NCBI GenBank assembly: GCA_002189035.1
Contig: NEEC01000013.1
Location: 3,038,001 to 3,102,000, forward strand
Source: Utricularia gibba
Taxonomy: Eukaryota > Plantae > Magnoliophyta
Direction of reading: 5' to 3'
Length of the DNA stretch: 64,000 nt
The position numbers and the translations under genes were made by a program. Below are positions 52,181-64,000 of this stretch, one piece after another. Under the pieces are notes generated by a model. It ran no database searches. It was not told the DNA's origin and saw only the letters and a list, made by a program, of their open reading frames with translations. Position 1 is the stretch's first letter, and each line of letters begins with the position of its first letter.

Positions 52181-55104
52181 CTAGCATTGGTAAACAGAGC
52201 AGCTCTTGTTCTTCCACCAGAAACTGAATGCCTTCCCAACTTTCCGCCTGGACATCGATTTCGATAACGGCTTCGGATCTTGTTCCGGTGGCAACGGCGT
52301 GTTCTCACTACTCTCACGGCTCTGCATCGAAGCAGCCGGTGATGGGTCACGCTGCCGTTGCTCCCGGAACAACATAAGAAGTTTCTGCGCTTTCTGCTTC
52401 CCTCTCATCGTGCCATTGACAGAGATGGAAACCAGTGAAGGAATGACACCTTCTTGCAGCACCATTTGGCTGCATTTCTCATCCGCATTGCATAGTATTA
52501 GCAAACACGCCGCTGCTTGTTCTTGTTCCACCGGCTCACCCACGTCAAGGACGTTGGCAAGAGCGCCTATAAGTCCTGGGGATTGGATGATCTCATCTCT
52601 GGCAGTTTTGCTTGAAGCTATGTATATCAAAACTGCAATGCATTTCTCCGTCCACCCGTGGTCGGTTGGATGTGATATTAGGGCTTGGAGGCCGTCGATT
52701 ACTCCGGCAGATAAAAGGTAAGTGATATTGTTGGGGTGACTGGAAATGTTGTAGATGGCGTGGAGAGCATCAAGTTTGCATACAGAATCAGATTCATTCT
52801 TCAGAACCCAGATCAAGAAAGGCACAGCTTCCGTGGCTCCGATCATGGGCTTAGCTTCCTCTAGATAGGAAACGTTGAGGTACAGAGCAGTGGCAGCCGC
52901 GACTGAATCGGGGTTGGCAATCATTTTCTGAAGAATGAGTAGCACCCCAGAGTTCAGCATCAATTCCTTGTTCCTGAAAACCAGCAAAAAGAAACAGTTG
53001 TATTATGTTTCACAGCATTCAATAGCTACCGGTGAAAGCATGAGATAACAAAATTTTCGTTTCACGGTACTTGGTAGAAATTAATCCATCGATCCCATAT
53101 CATTTCAAATGCATTTCCAACATTAAAGTGCTACTAGAGAAAGCATGAGAATATCTGCACAGATACGCGTCTTAGGTAGTTTATAGATCTGCTTGAAGCT
53201 CACTGATCTAAAAAGGCCACCACTCATCAGTCACCCACAAACACCATTTTATTAACTTCTAGAGTTCAAAGCATACCTGTTATTATTTACAGCAAGGTTG
53301 AAGAGAGCCATTGCTCCGACTTCCTGAGCCTTCTTGTTCCTTGCGGAGAAAGCAGATTCCAGAAAGGAGAGCAAGGCTTCCACAAAACCGTTAGCACCCA
53401 TGTAATTCCTGGCCTCTTCGTCATCTTTTAGCAAGTGCCTTATTTGCTCTACAAGTTTGCACTTTTTCAGCAGGTTATCTTCTTCTTCTAAAATTCTCAG
53501 AAGGTCCTGATAACTCTCAAAGGCGTTGGCTTCATAGTGATCCTCATGTGATGAAGCTGCTTCCTCTTCACTTCCCTCGGCTTCCTGGATTATGCTGTTG
53601 TCGTTCAAAGGTATTATTTTAATGCCTTCATAGTTGCATGCACCCGCAACTCCTAACGACTTCGACCTTACAGAGTCGCTTTCCGACAACACAAGTCTCC
53701 AGTAGTTGAGATCAAGAGACTCTGGGGGCCCCTCTGGAGCAGAAATTCCGTTATGCTCACACCAACTGGCCACCAAGCCTTTAACACAATAATTGGGCGT
53801 CAAAGAGATATGAGGGAGCTGCTGTTGAGTTTTCGGGCACGTATTGTGCCCATCACTGAACCATTTTTCAATGCACACCCTTTCATATGTTTGCCCTGAT
53901 GCGATTATAACAGGATCATACATAAGTTGTAGTGATATGGGGCATCGCAACTCTTCTGGAGGAACAGGCACCGGCTCTGATCTCCTGAAGTTCGGCTTAT
54001 AACTGAAAGAGTTGAGGTTAGATAGCTTCCGATAAAAAGCATAGCCATTGTGCCCAACCACGCTACCATCATCTAAGGACACCTGAGTTGTGGGTGAGCA
54101 AGGTGCGGACCCTTGTGAATCATTGTCATCCAAGAGCTCACTTCTGAACAGTTTGGAATACTTTTCCATGAGATGTAGAAGATAGGCAATAATCGACTCC
54201 TTCCTTTTATCTTCTCCAGCTCGTGCTCTTTCTATCAGTTTTTTCAAAGCCCTTCTCTCTCTAAGAGCTGCTCTTGAAGAATTGATTCCCAATTTACTAG
54301 CAGCCTGGTGAAAGGATTCGAGCTCAGTATTATCACTGCTGATATTATTGAAATTTCTCCCTTGTTGGAGCAGTGCAATGATCACATCGCCAATATTTTT
54401 CTCCTCGGGATCAAGCAAAAACTCGATTCTTCCAAGTTCAACTAGAATCTCAGCGATCTGTGAAGAGGGGTCGATCACAGTCAGCTTATTATTGAACATC
54501 ATTTGAAGAAAGGTATGTCAAAAGAAGGAGCATTCTCTCAATCTCAACTATGGCTTTCTCTAGGACAAAGTAAATACCTGACCACCAATGCTTTGTGGAA
54601 CAATATCTTCTACGCGCTTAAGGCTATCTGCTAAAGAAAATCTTGCCTTCTCAAATTTGAGAACAACAGAGTCCCCAGTTATTGCCTGCGTACATAAAGA
54701 AACTGACTCGATGATGCCAAAATATTTTACTTTATTTAAAACCACCGAGAATGCATATACGGAAGCATACTCACCAAGTAGAGTTTGCTGAACTCTACAC
54801 ATTGCTGCAGGACGTTCTTAGTTTTCTCAAGTGCTATGTGCAAAGCGCACAGCGCCTGAATACCAGATGTACTTCGTGGCCGCGCGGCTTCTATATCAGG
54901 AAATACTGCCAGCACTTTCAAATACACGGCGCACATGCTTCTGCACATCTCCCCGTGTAACTAGAACCAGCCAAAACGCGGACTAAGAATATCAAAACGC
55001 AATCAACATGGAAGCAACGAAAAAAGACAAATCTGGGTATTTATGATGTGCACCTTTGGCTCACCGATTGAAGACAAGGTTTCTTCAATCTCGGAATTTT
55101 CCAT
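52181..55104 (-). CDS. U-box/ARM-repeat E3 ligase (PUB6/7/45 clade)
   Basis: UND region AARPRSTSGIQALCALH and AITGDSVVLKFEKA, U-box PPEELRCPISLQLMYDPVIIASGQTYERVCIEKWFSDGHNTCPKTQQ, ARM repeats (ALFNLAVNNNRNK) and QKLLMLFREQR. Five coding exons. Confidence 0.94.
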
Positions 55105-56061
55105 GCTGAAGGACTGAAGCTTCATTAAGATCCAGACGCAGCGCGAACAATACAATTGTTACCGAAAAAGGAAAGATCATCATTAAAAAGAAAAGCCACA
55201 ATTTCACATTCTCAAGAAAACAACCAGTGTGGTAAAATGATTGATCTCCGGTGTTTTATCGCGAGCACCTTCCAAACGACGTCAAATCAGTCGATCGGAA
55301 GAGGTTATCAGACATCTAATCTATGAAACTAAAGCACTTAAAAACAAAATTTCGTCCCCAGGTATGCATAAATTCAACATAAGAATCAGGAAGACCGAAC
55401 AAAAAAAAATGAAATACGATTTTATGATCGTTCTCCAGCTTTCCCTTGAACAAAAATGAAAAACTACCCCAATTCACAGTTGAGAAATAGCGCTCAAGGA
55501 AAGAAAGCTGCGGAAAACCACAAAATGCGACTGGATTTGTAAGAATCCAAGCAAAAAAAATCCATACCAGGATCAGCGGCCAAGGATCCCCGGAGGCTTC
55601 ATCAAACGAAAGATGGAGAGTGTGTCCAAAAAAGAAAAAAAAAATGTAAGTGACGAGGTTTTTTCACGGAGATGGGCAGGTCTCCTTCCTGGATAAAGTG
55701 AAAAAGGGGGGAGAGAGAAGAGAAAGAAGAGAAGAGGAGAAGAGGAGGGTAGGGAAAAAGGGGAAATAATGGTGAAAGGGAGGGAAAGATTGGAATTATT
55801 AGAAGCGTAGGGGGCGGAAATGGGAATAGAGAAAAGGTCAGGATCATCCCCATGTTTAAGTTGGAATAGAATAATGGTGGGAGGGCAAGATCGGAATTCC
55901 GGTCCCGGGGTTGTCTCCCCGTCGGAGTGGCCGACAACGGCGTGTAGGCGGAGACGGGTCAGCGGAAATGACTGTTTTGACCCTGAGGCAACGTGAAATG
56001 TTTGTGTTGGAGTTTTTACATATAATATTCCGTCGGGGATTCCAATCCAATCCAATCAACG

Positions 56062-56082
56062 TCTCTCTCTCTCTCTCTCTCT
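56062..56082. repeat. (TC)n microsatellite next to (TCCAA)n and (CTGGA)n pentamer runs
   Basis: Direct reading; lies upstream of the U-box gene. Confidence 0.85.
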
Positions 56083-56778
56083 GTCCGTCCATTTGAATGA
56101 AGATGGATGATGAGGACAATAACCACCCGACTGGACTGGACTGGAGTCTCAGTAATTACAACACAGTCCCAGGCAGGGATGGGATTGGATTGGATTGGAG
56201 GGGAGACTTGTTCAGTGGTGCGCGAGGAGAAAGACACAAAAACGCGACTACTAGTTGGTCACTTGTATTCTATTCTATTAGGTCACTCCTTCATTCGTCA
56301 ATAACAATACGTAGAAAGATTGATGGGTAGATAGAGTCCAGTCCAGAGCAGTCATATCGCATTGCATTCTATGTAGTACGTTTGCCACCAAATCACACTC
56401 TCTCATACTAGGGGCGTTTGCCACCGAATGGAATGGGGAGGAGGAGGCCGGGTCAAGTGGGCGTTTAAAATCAAATTCCAGAAAAACTTAGAGGATCGGT
56501 GCCAACCCACATGGCCTGGGAAAAACTCCCGGCGTCCCCTTGATTCAAATCCAACGCCCGGTATGTAATGTAATGGAATAGGTGCGCGCGCGTGCCTGCC
56601 TCTTTATATATTTTTGTAATCCAACGGGAAGTTCGTTCGTCCCCTCCCCGGCGCTAATAAAGAAATGTTGTGTGTGTCGTCCATGGTGGTCCCCACCTCA
56701 TTCATTGATCAACTCCGAGTTAGCGTACACAGCAGCAGCGGCACCGGCATTGATGGTGGGGTGTGTGTACCGTACCCT

Positions 56779-56809
56779 ATTCATTCATTCATTCATTCAT
56801 TCATTCATT
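56779..56809. repeat. (ATTC)n tetranucleotide repeat
   Basis: About 7-8 ATTC units. Confidence 0.9.
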
Positions 56810-58292
56810 TGATGGTTGGTTCCCTTGAATTTAAACTACTACTCTAGCTGCTTTTATGATTAACTCCATTACTGTACCTAAATAAATTAAATTACCAATC
56901 AACCGATGACACTATCATCCATAAGTAATAAATGGCCCTCCCCTCGCCTTTTCCTGGATTTCAAAGATCTAATCAACGTTACACGGCCCCCGGTGGAGGA
57001 CCAGGCTTTGTAGCCCCTGCCATGCCCTACCCTTCTTCTCCCCCACACCACCACCACCACCCCCACCAGGGCTTCTTGTCTAGAATCGGAATGGAATGGT
57101 GTGCTCTATATGCTTAGGAAACGCCGCTACTCCCAGCCCCAGGGACTGACACCCTGTGTTACTTGCAATGTTGGACCCGACGCCACCTTTGGGCTCCCAA
57201 GTCCTCCTCCCACTCGCTCCTTGTGCTCTCTCAAGTCGCTCTTGTAAGGGTAAAGGGTGCGTCACCAATCAGTATAATAATCAACATACAGTCGTGCGTG
57301 CGTGCGCACCAAGGGTCGGTAGCACTGGCATCTGTGTGTTTGAGTGATGGGTGAAGGAAGGCAGAGAGGATCCCTCCAAGTCCTGAAAGCAGGATGAAGT
57401 TTCAAACCTCGGGGCTTCCCTCCCCCTTGTTTCCGTCCATCCAGAATCAGAATGAGCTACCGGGGATAAGCCTGCTTTTCTTTTCGTTTAAAAGGCGTTC
57501 CCGCAGAGTTCTCCATAACCCCGGATAGCAAGTGAATGGAATGAATGCCTTGGGTGATTCACGCAACTCAAACCCAACATAGCAGATGAATCAAATCGTT
57601 AATGCTCCTTCAACTTCACACAACAACACAACAACAGCAACAACAGAGAAATCCTCTTTTATGGGTGGCGCGCATAGGACCAACCCCGAATGCAAATCGT
57701 TGTGGACGACTGAATATACGGCCGGGGGGGTGGGTACTGAAGTAACAGGGCATCATTATTTACTGTGTTGGCCCCCAAGGATGTCGAAATTAAAAAAAGA
57801 ACCCCCAACGGCGGGCACAGTAGACTCTACCCCCCCCCCCCCCCTTTTTAATGAACCTAACCGTTGCTCAAAACATTCGTTCTTCCATCGTCCAGCGGTT
57901 TGAGCAGAGCATGTATTTCATCCTTGTTTCATTTCCATTCCGGTATTTTTCTGTGTATTGCTTTAGGAAGATTAATTACAAAGCAAAGAAGCGACGACGT
58001 TCGCGGATACCGTAGAAGATTGCCGTCGCAATCGGAGTTGAATGCGATTAGGGTGCGAGAGGGACGCGGATTTATGACTACACGGAGGAGGGGTCGGCCG
58101 TCCTGACTGGGTCCGAAATCTAAGCACAACCAGTATACGCAAGGAAGGTACACCTTCAGAGGCGCAGGGTACGACGGCCCTCTGGTTTTAATGCCGGTGG
58201 GGCCCCGAGGGGGAAACTTGCTGTCGTGTAGCGCGCGCGCGCACGCACACTCATGCGAGTCATCAAATCCTATCCCCTTGTACCTTGCATCG

Positions 58293-58401
58293 AAACCCTA
58301 ATTCCGCGCTCTTGCTGAATCAGTAACCGGCCCAATTGTTGCCAATGGGGAGGCCCATTTAAGTTTTTTTGGCTGTAGCCCATGAATGTAACCTAGGGTT
58401 T
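58293..58401 (+). promoter_or_regulatory. Telobox plus site II promoter module of RPSA
   Basis: AAACCCTA at 58293-58300, TAGGGTTT at 58394-58401 and GGCCCA near 58329 and 58353. This combination is established for plant ribosomal protein promoters. Confidence 0.75.
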
Positions 58402-58483
58402 ATATGGGTGCCAGTCGGCCAGAGTTTTGTGTTGCGGCCGGCGTAGGAGGGTAGCGGAGTGGCGGTTAACGGGTTTTGCAGCC

Positions 58484-60057
58484 ATGGCGACTCCACAAAG
58501 GAATTTGACAACGAGGGAGGCTGATATTCGGATGATGATGGCTGCCGAGGTCCATCTTGGAACCAAGAACTGTGATTTTCAGATGGAACGCTATGTGTTC
58601 AAACGCCGCAATGATGGTAAATCCGCCGAATTCTGCTGTTCTGTTACCTTTCCATTTGATATCCATTTCGAGACTGATGATGCGATTATTTAACGTGCCT
58701 TTCATCGCACCGCCCTCCTCGCCATGGGAGTGTGAAAATCATCCGCATCGTGAACGTTATCCTGTTATCGTCAACAGTGATTTAGTAATCGAAGCAGCAT
58801 TCGATACCCTATTTACTAATATTCTGGGCGAATCATTTTATCATTATGATTGTAGCGTGCTTGGATTTGCTTCATGCTCATGGCGCAAAAGGGAGTCAAG
58901 GGCTGGATTTTTTTCATATGTTCTTAAATCTTTAGTTTTTTCTTAGTAGTGGATATGCTTCTTAAAGCTACTGTTACTTTCCTTTAATGTCAGGGATCTA
59001 CATTATAAACCTTGGAAAGACCTGGGAGAAGCTCCAATTAGCTGCCAGAATTATCGTGGCTATCGAGAATCCTCAAGACATCATTGTTCAGTCTGCTAGG
59101 CCATATGGACAAAGGGCCGTACTGAAGTTTGCTCAGTATACTGGTGCACACGCAATTGCCGGTCGTCATACTCCTGGAACTTTCACTAACCAGCTACAGA
59201 CTTCTTTCAGTGAGCCAAGACTCCTAATTCTCACTGATCCTAGGACTGATCATCAGGTTTTGCATGCTGTGCCAGTTCTTGCTTAATACATGCGTCCGTA
59301 TTTATTTTATGCTTTAATGTATTTTAATTGTTTGCCCAGCCCATCAAGGAAGCTGCCCTTTCCAATATCCCCACAATTGCTTTTTGCGACACTGATTCCC
59401 CAATGCGATATGTTGATATTGGCATCCCTGCTAATAACAAGGGGAAACATAGTATTGGTTGCTTGTTTTGGCTGTTGGGAAGGATGGTGCTTCAGATGAG
59501 AGGCCTCATCCCACCTGGGCATAAATGGGATGTCATGGTAATCATATTCAACAGAGAAGCGATGTTTCTTTATCACAAAAGAACGTTAATGTTGTCAATT
59601 CAATTTGGGGTGATGTGTCATTATGCTTTTTGGGCAGGTTGATCTGTTTTTCTACAGGGAACCGGAGGAGGCCAAGGAACAACAGGAAGAGGAGGTGCAA
59701 GCTCTTCCTGATTACACTGATTATGCTGCCGCTGCAGGTGGTGGTGAATGGTCTAGCCAAATTCCTGATGCTCAATGGGCACCTGAGATTCCTGCTGCCG
59801 GCCCAGTTGTAGCCAGTGGCTGGACAGCTGAGGAAGGTTGGGAAATTTCATTTTTGAGTTTTCTTAAAAAATCATCAATAGATTCCATCCCACTGCTCTT
59901 AGTTCCACGCTTCCTATAGCTCATTCGTTGATAGATAAGATTACCTTTCGGTTGTAGGAGTTGGTGAAGGATGGGATACCGCAGCTGCTCCTCCTATGGC
60001 AGCCGTGGCTCCTCCTGCTAATGCTACCCCGTTGTTAATCCTGGAGGCTGGGAATGA
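58484..60057 (+). CDS. RPSA: 40S ribosomal protein SA (uS2/p40)
   Basis: [61 protein letters not shown] and [15 protein letters not shown]. Exons 58484-58617, 58994-59256, 59340-59537, 59638-59836, 59958-60057. The GWE* ending needs one extra C at 60027-60030. Confidence 0.96.
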
Positions 60058-60435
60058 AGATGATTCTGGTTAACATCATTTCCGTCAAATAGCGTTCAAT
60101 CTGTTTTTGAGTTATATTTTTGTTTCAGAAGATTGTTGACTTTGATCGGCTCAGTTCTTGTACTGTGATCTGCGTTGCTACTTCTCCATAGCGGATTCGT
60201 TTCATATGTTGAACAAAAGCGTTGTTTGGACGCTCATGGGCATTTATTTTCCAAGTTTACGGGTTACAATATCAAATACGATTGATTTGATACCCCAAGG
60301 AAAAGCAAGTCATACTATACGGATGTGGGCGGAAGAAGCATGCATATGTGCGTAACAGGCTAGAAAGTTCATTCTACGGTAAATGGATCACGGAATCTGA
60401 ATACAATCTCTGGGGCTGCTGTCTACCGAACCCCG

Positions 60436-61782
60436 TCATCGTTCTCCCATGGCAGCCTCGACGGCCCACAGTACCGGCGGCGAACACTCAGCCTTGTGCC
60501 GGAGTTTCCAATCCAGCGCCTGACAAGCACGCGAGCAATAATTCACTCTTCCGCAAACTGAGCACCGACGAAATTCATGCCTTCGCACCTCGGGCCGGCC
60601 GCAGCCCGGATGGGAACAAAGCCTCAGATCCGGACCGGGATCCACTCCACCGGGGCCCGTGAACCAGTCTGACAAAAATTGGTTGGCTGGGTGCGGAGCA
60701 GGCGACGGCACGTTGCAACCGAAATCGCTCAGCAACGGGCAGCCGCCGTCGTCTACGCCTCGGCGGTCGTTGGGCCAGTCAAGCCACGAGGTGGGAACCA
60801 CCGCGTTGGGACGCGCGACCAAGACGTGCGCCAGCTCACGGGCGTTGGCCTGGACTAGGAAGCACCTTCCCTCGGCGATGTCGCGCTTCACTCCATAGCC
60901 GTCTTGCAAGCAGTGGCCGAGCTCACGAAGGGCGTCGATGTGGCCAAGGACGGCGGCGCGGGCGCACAACGCGACGCCTGCACGCAAATTCTTAGACCCT
61001 CCGCTGCCGTTGAATTGTATAACGGCAAGGGAATACAGCGCCGGTGCATGGCACCCAATCGCGGCCTTCGCCATGAGTGAAGCCCCGCTTGCTCGTTTTT
61101 GTAGGCAATAGAACCGAATCTGCGATGGCGAACCGTATCAGGGTTTCGTTCCTCCGAAAGCACAAATCCTTTTTTGCAGATTTTTCTGTATGGGAACAAA
61201 GCTTTACAGAAGAAAAGGACTGACCATGCCCAGAATAAAGCAAGCTTCAACATTTCCGGCATCGGCACAGAGCTTGAGAAACCGGTGAGAAGATGCCGAC
61301 CAGCTTTTGGCCTTCACCGCCACCATTCCTCGGCATGCTTTGGATAGGACCAGTGAGCTTTGGCCCAATCCATTCAATCTCTTGCATCTGTTTCAATCGG
61401 TATTCACAGTCACTTTCAAAACATAAACATCCTTCAAAAATCAATGACCTAAATTCACCCGAATTAGACGAACCACAGCAGAAAACTTCCAAAATATTAA
61501 AAACAGAAAAAGATAGGAGATGAGTGCAGAGAATCTATACGTTATTAGAACGCTGAGAAAATCCGCAGGGCAGGAAGCGGTGGAACTGAGTCTACGGAGG
61601 ATACAAAGCACAAGATCGTCGGGAAGAGAATCAAGGTAATCATATCCCCCTCCGCCGTTACCGCCGCTCCCGTCCTGTAAAAGGCGCGGCCTTTTCCGGC
61701 AACCCATTCCCGGCGCCTCTCTTCTGGCCCCATCATTTGCAACAGCGGGAACCGAGTAACAAACCCCCCTGTTTGTTCTCAT
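60436..61782 (-). CDS. F-box protein with Sel1/HCP-like repeats and MYND zinc finger (At1g67340-like)
   Basis: MRTNRGVCY start, F-box DSLPDDLVLCIL, ALYSLAVIQFNGSGG, ALRELGHCLQDGYGV and MYND finger RLCSHPGCGRPE..RRCSVCGRVNYCSRACQALDWK..HKAEC. Three exons. Confidence 0.92.
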
Positions 61783-62536
61783 GATTCCAAGGCTTACCCG
61801 CTCCTTCCATCAACAAGAAAGCAAATTTATGCCTTCTAAAAATAAAACGGCACGAAGAAGATCACGGAAGGCAGTTGGATTAAGAAATTACTTTAGTACC
61901 CCCCATCGGGTGCCGCCTTTTGTCCTCATTCACCTAAAAGTTAACGGCGTCGGACCGCCTCCACAGTCCCTAGGGAACCCTCCTCCTCCTCCCCCCAATT
62001 AACTACATCAGCATCCATTACTTTTTTATTTTCAACGGAAAATCTATTCAAAAGTCGCCCACCCTTAATTAACTACCATTTACGGAAGATTCAGAATACC
62101 GAACGAGCGCCAACGAAACCGAAGCGGCGCGTGAATGCCACGCTACCGGTGAGTGGTGTGGGCCATTCAAGTTCTCTGTGCTGAGTTTTCTTCCTTTGAA
62201 GACCCTGCGGTAAACCCAAGGAGAGTGATTCGCCGGTAAACCTGAAAAAAACAAGGTTACCTTCCTTCTGCATTTACGTAGAAACCCTAGATTTCAATCG
62301 CTGGTCTAGTTTTTATTTTATTTTATTTTATAAAAAAAGTCAAATTCCGAAACGACCCACGAGGTGTGGTAACAGTAAAAGTAAAAAATGAAAAGCTCAG
62401 GAGCTCGCAGTAAATTCGAATTACAGTGGGTTACTTATATTAAAGAAAATAAGAAATATTTCTCCAATAGAAAAGAATTCTGCGCCACGACGGCGATGAG
62501 ATGGCGGTCCACGGGTGGGATATTGGATTCTTAAGG

Positions 62537-62607
62537 TGACGTGGATTTCAACCAACCAATCACAGACCCCCTGCTTATCCTCTTCAGATGATACCCTCTA
62601 TACAAAT
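62537..62607 (+). promoter_or_regulatory. Light-responsive LHC promoter: G-box-like, CCAAT, I-box/GATA and TATA
   Basis: TGACGTGG 62537-62544, CCAAT 62556-62560, CTTATC (GATAAG reverse) 62574-62579 and TCTATACAAAT 62597-62607 directly upstream of ATG 62659. Confidence 0.65.
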
Positions 62608-62658
62608 CTCTCCTCTCCGACGCTTCTCTGAGGACGCACCTATCGAATATTTCCCGAC

Positions 62659-63693
62659 ATGGCCGCCTCCGCCTCTGCCTGCGCTTCATCGGCCGTCGTA
62701 TTCGCCTCCCCAAGGCAAGTTTCCCGGATCGCGTGTTGATTCGCCTCCAATTTCTGACTCCATTCCAACATATTGCATTGCAGTTCCAACGCAGGGGCGG
62801 CCAAGGCTTCCTTCTTCGGAACAAGAAAGCTCAGAGTCGGAAAGTTTGCGACAGAATCTACCGCAAGATCGGTCGCTGTTCGCGCCGCCGCTGATCCAGG
62901 TAGACCTATTTGGTTCCCCGGCAGCACTCCGCCGGCGTGGCTCGACGGCAGCCTTCCGGCCGATTTCGGCTTCGATCCTCTCGGGCTAGGTACAGAGAAT
63001 TTTAAGAGCCTTCGAGACCTAAATTTTTTTCCTTTTCAAATGACAAGGAACCTGGAATTGTTGCAGGATCCGATCCAGATAGCTTGAAATGGAACCAGCA
63101 AGCGGAGTTGGTTCACTGCAGGTGGGCAATGCTGGGTGCCGCCGGAATCTTCATCCCCGAATTTCTTACAAAGATCGGAGTCCTCAGCACCCCGTCTTGG
63201 TACACCGCCGGGGAACAAGAGTACTTTGCGGACACAACCACGCTGTTCATCGTCGAGCTCGTTCTCATAGGATGGGCTGAGGGTCGGAGATGGGCTGATA
63301 TCATCAAGCCCGGCAGCGTGAACACCGACCCGGTTTTTCCCAACAATAAGCTCACCGGGACCGACGTTGGATACCCGGGCGGGCTCTGGTTCGATCCGCT
63401 GGGATGGGGATCTGGCTCGCCGGAAAAGGTGAAGGAGTTGAGAACGAAAGAGATCAAGAACGGTAGATTAGCGATGCTGGCGGTGATGGGTGCGTGGTTC
63501 CAGCACGTGTACACCGGAACTGGGCCAATTGATAATCTGTTCGCTCATCTCGCGGATCCTGGTCACGCCACCATCTTCTCTGTGAGTACAACTCATTTGG
63601 AATGATACACATAAATGAGAACAAAAGCAGGGAATTTTGGGTGCTGAAACTCTTCCCTGGATTGAAATTTTGCAGGCTCTGAGTCCTAAATGA
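62659..63693 (+). CDS. LHCA2: Photosystem I light-harvesting protein Lhca2
   Basis: Exons 62659-62714, 62784-62989, 63067-63581, 63676-63693. Motifs [42 protein letters not shown] and [11 protein letters not shown]; ends ALSPK*. The first intron is GC-AG. Confidence 0.96.
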
Positions 63694-64000
63694 GAGACGC
63701 GGCTGCCAGGCGGCGGTGGAGCGTTCGCTTCTAGTTCTCCGTGGATCAAATTCATAATGCAAATGATTCTTGAAACTAGCTGTTAATGCATTTGTACAAG
63801 TGCCTTCTAACTCCATACAATGATTTCAAGAATCTGCAAAATACCCAGAAACAATGTGGAATCACAGAAAAAAAAAAAAAAAAGTTCAGAAAACTTGTCT
63901 AAAATAGATACCGAGTCCCCGAAGTCCTGACGCAGCTCAAGAAAGGGAAAGCATCTTCTCCTCAAAACTGTGATTCAAGATCATGGACACCTGCACACAA

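Noticed and set aside
56930-57117. 61-aa His/Pro-rich ORF and an 11-nt match to miR166 (GGACCAGGCTT)
   Set aside because: The ORF is low-complexity with no homology cue; the miRNA match is partial with no star arm.
58293-58401. AAACCCTA motifs considered as a telomerase RNA template
   Set aside because: They are explained as promoter teloboxes of RPSA; no USE/TATA Pol III promoter nearby.
63910-64000. Possible minus-strand exon of a gene extending beyond the window
   Set aside because: Too short to identify; frame and product undetermined.

Overview
Gene-dense eudicot plant nuclear DNA with about 21 protein genes, many introns under 120 nt and short intergenic gaps. A compact asterid genome such as Lentibulariaceae is plausible, but that is inference only. 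Gene order: NHL-repeat protein, chloroplast sensor kinase (CSK), one clear and one possible small secreted Pro-rich peptide gene, BURP/polygalacturonase beta-subunit, a 3983-bp Mutator-like element (perfect 10-bp TSD, defective transposase), beta-carbonic anhydrase, DUF1645 protein, galactinol synthase, ARF1, a coiled-coil protein, D-cysteine desulfhydrase 2, ketoacyl-CoA reductase, RING E3, GARP/Myb factor, ATP sulfurylase 2 (two lesions), F-box SKIP14, tRNA-Val(AAC), GAPC, a BPP-like protein, a U-box/ARM E3, RPSA, an F-box/MYND protein and LHCA2. The most novel items are a two-exon secreted precursor with a C-terminal Pro-rich motif hidden from the ORF track, and a diverged tandem ~100-nt duplicate upstream of the carbonic anhydrase. 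Caveat: six genes, including RPSA and GAPC, have frame breaks that are each repaired by adding one base to an existing base or short run. This points to consensus errors rather than real pseudogenes. Exon boundaries and family names come from manual reading and recalled homologues; no searches were run.
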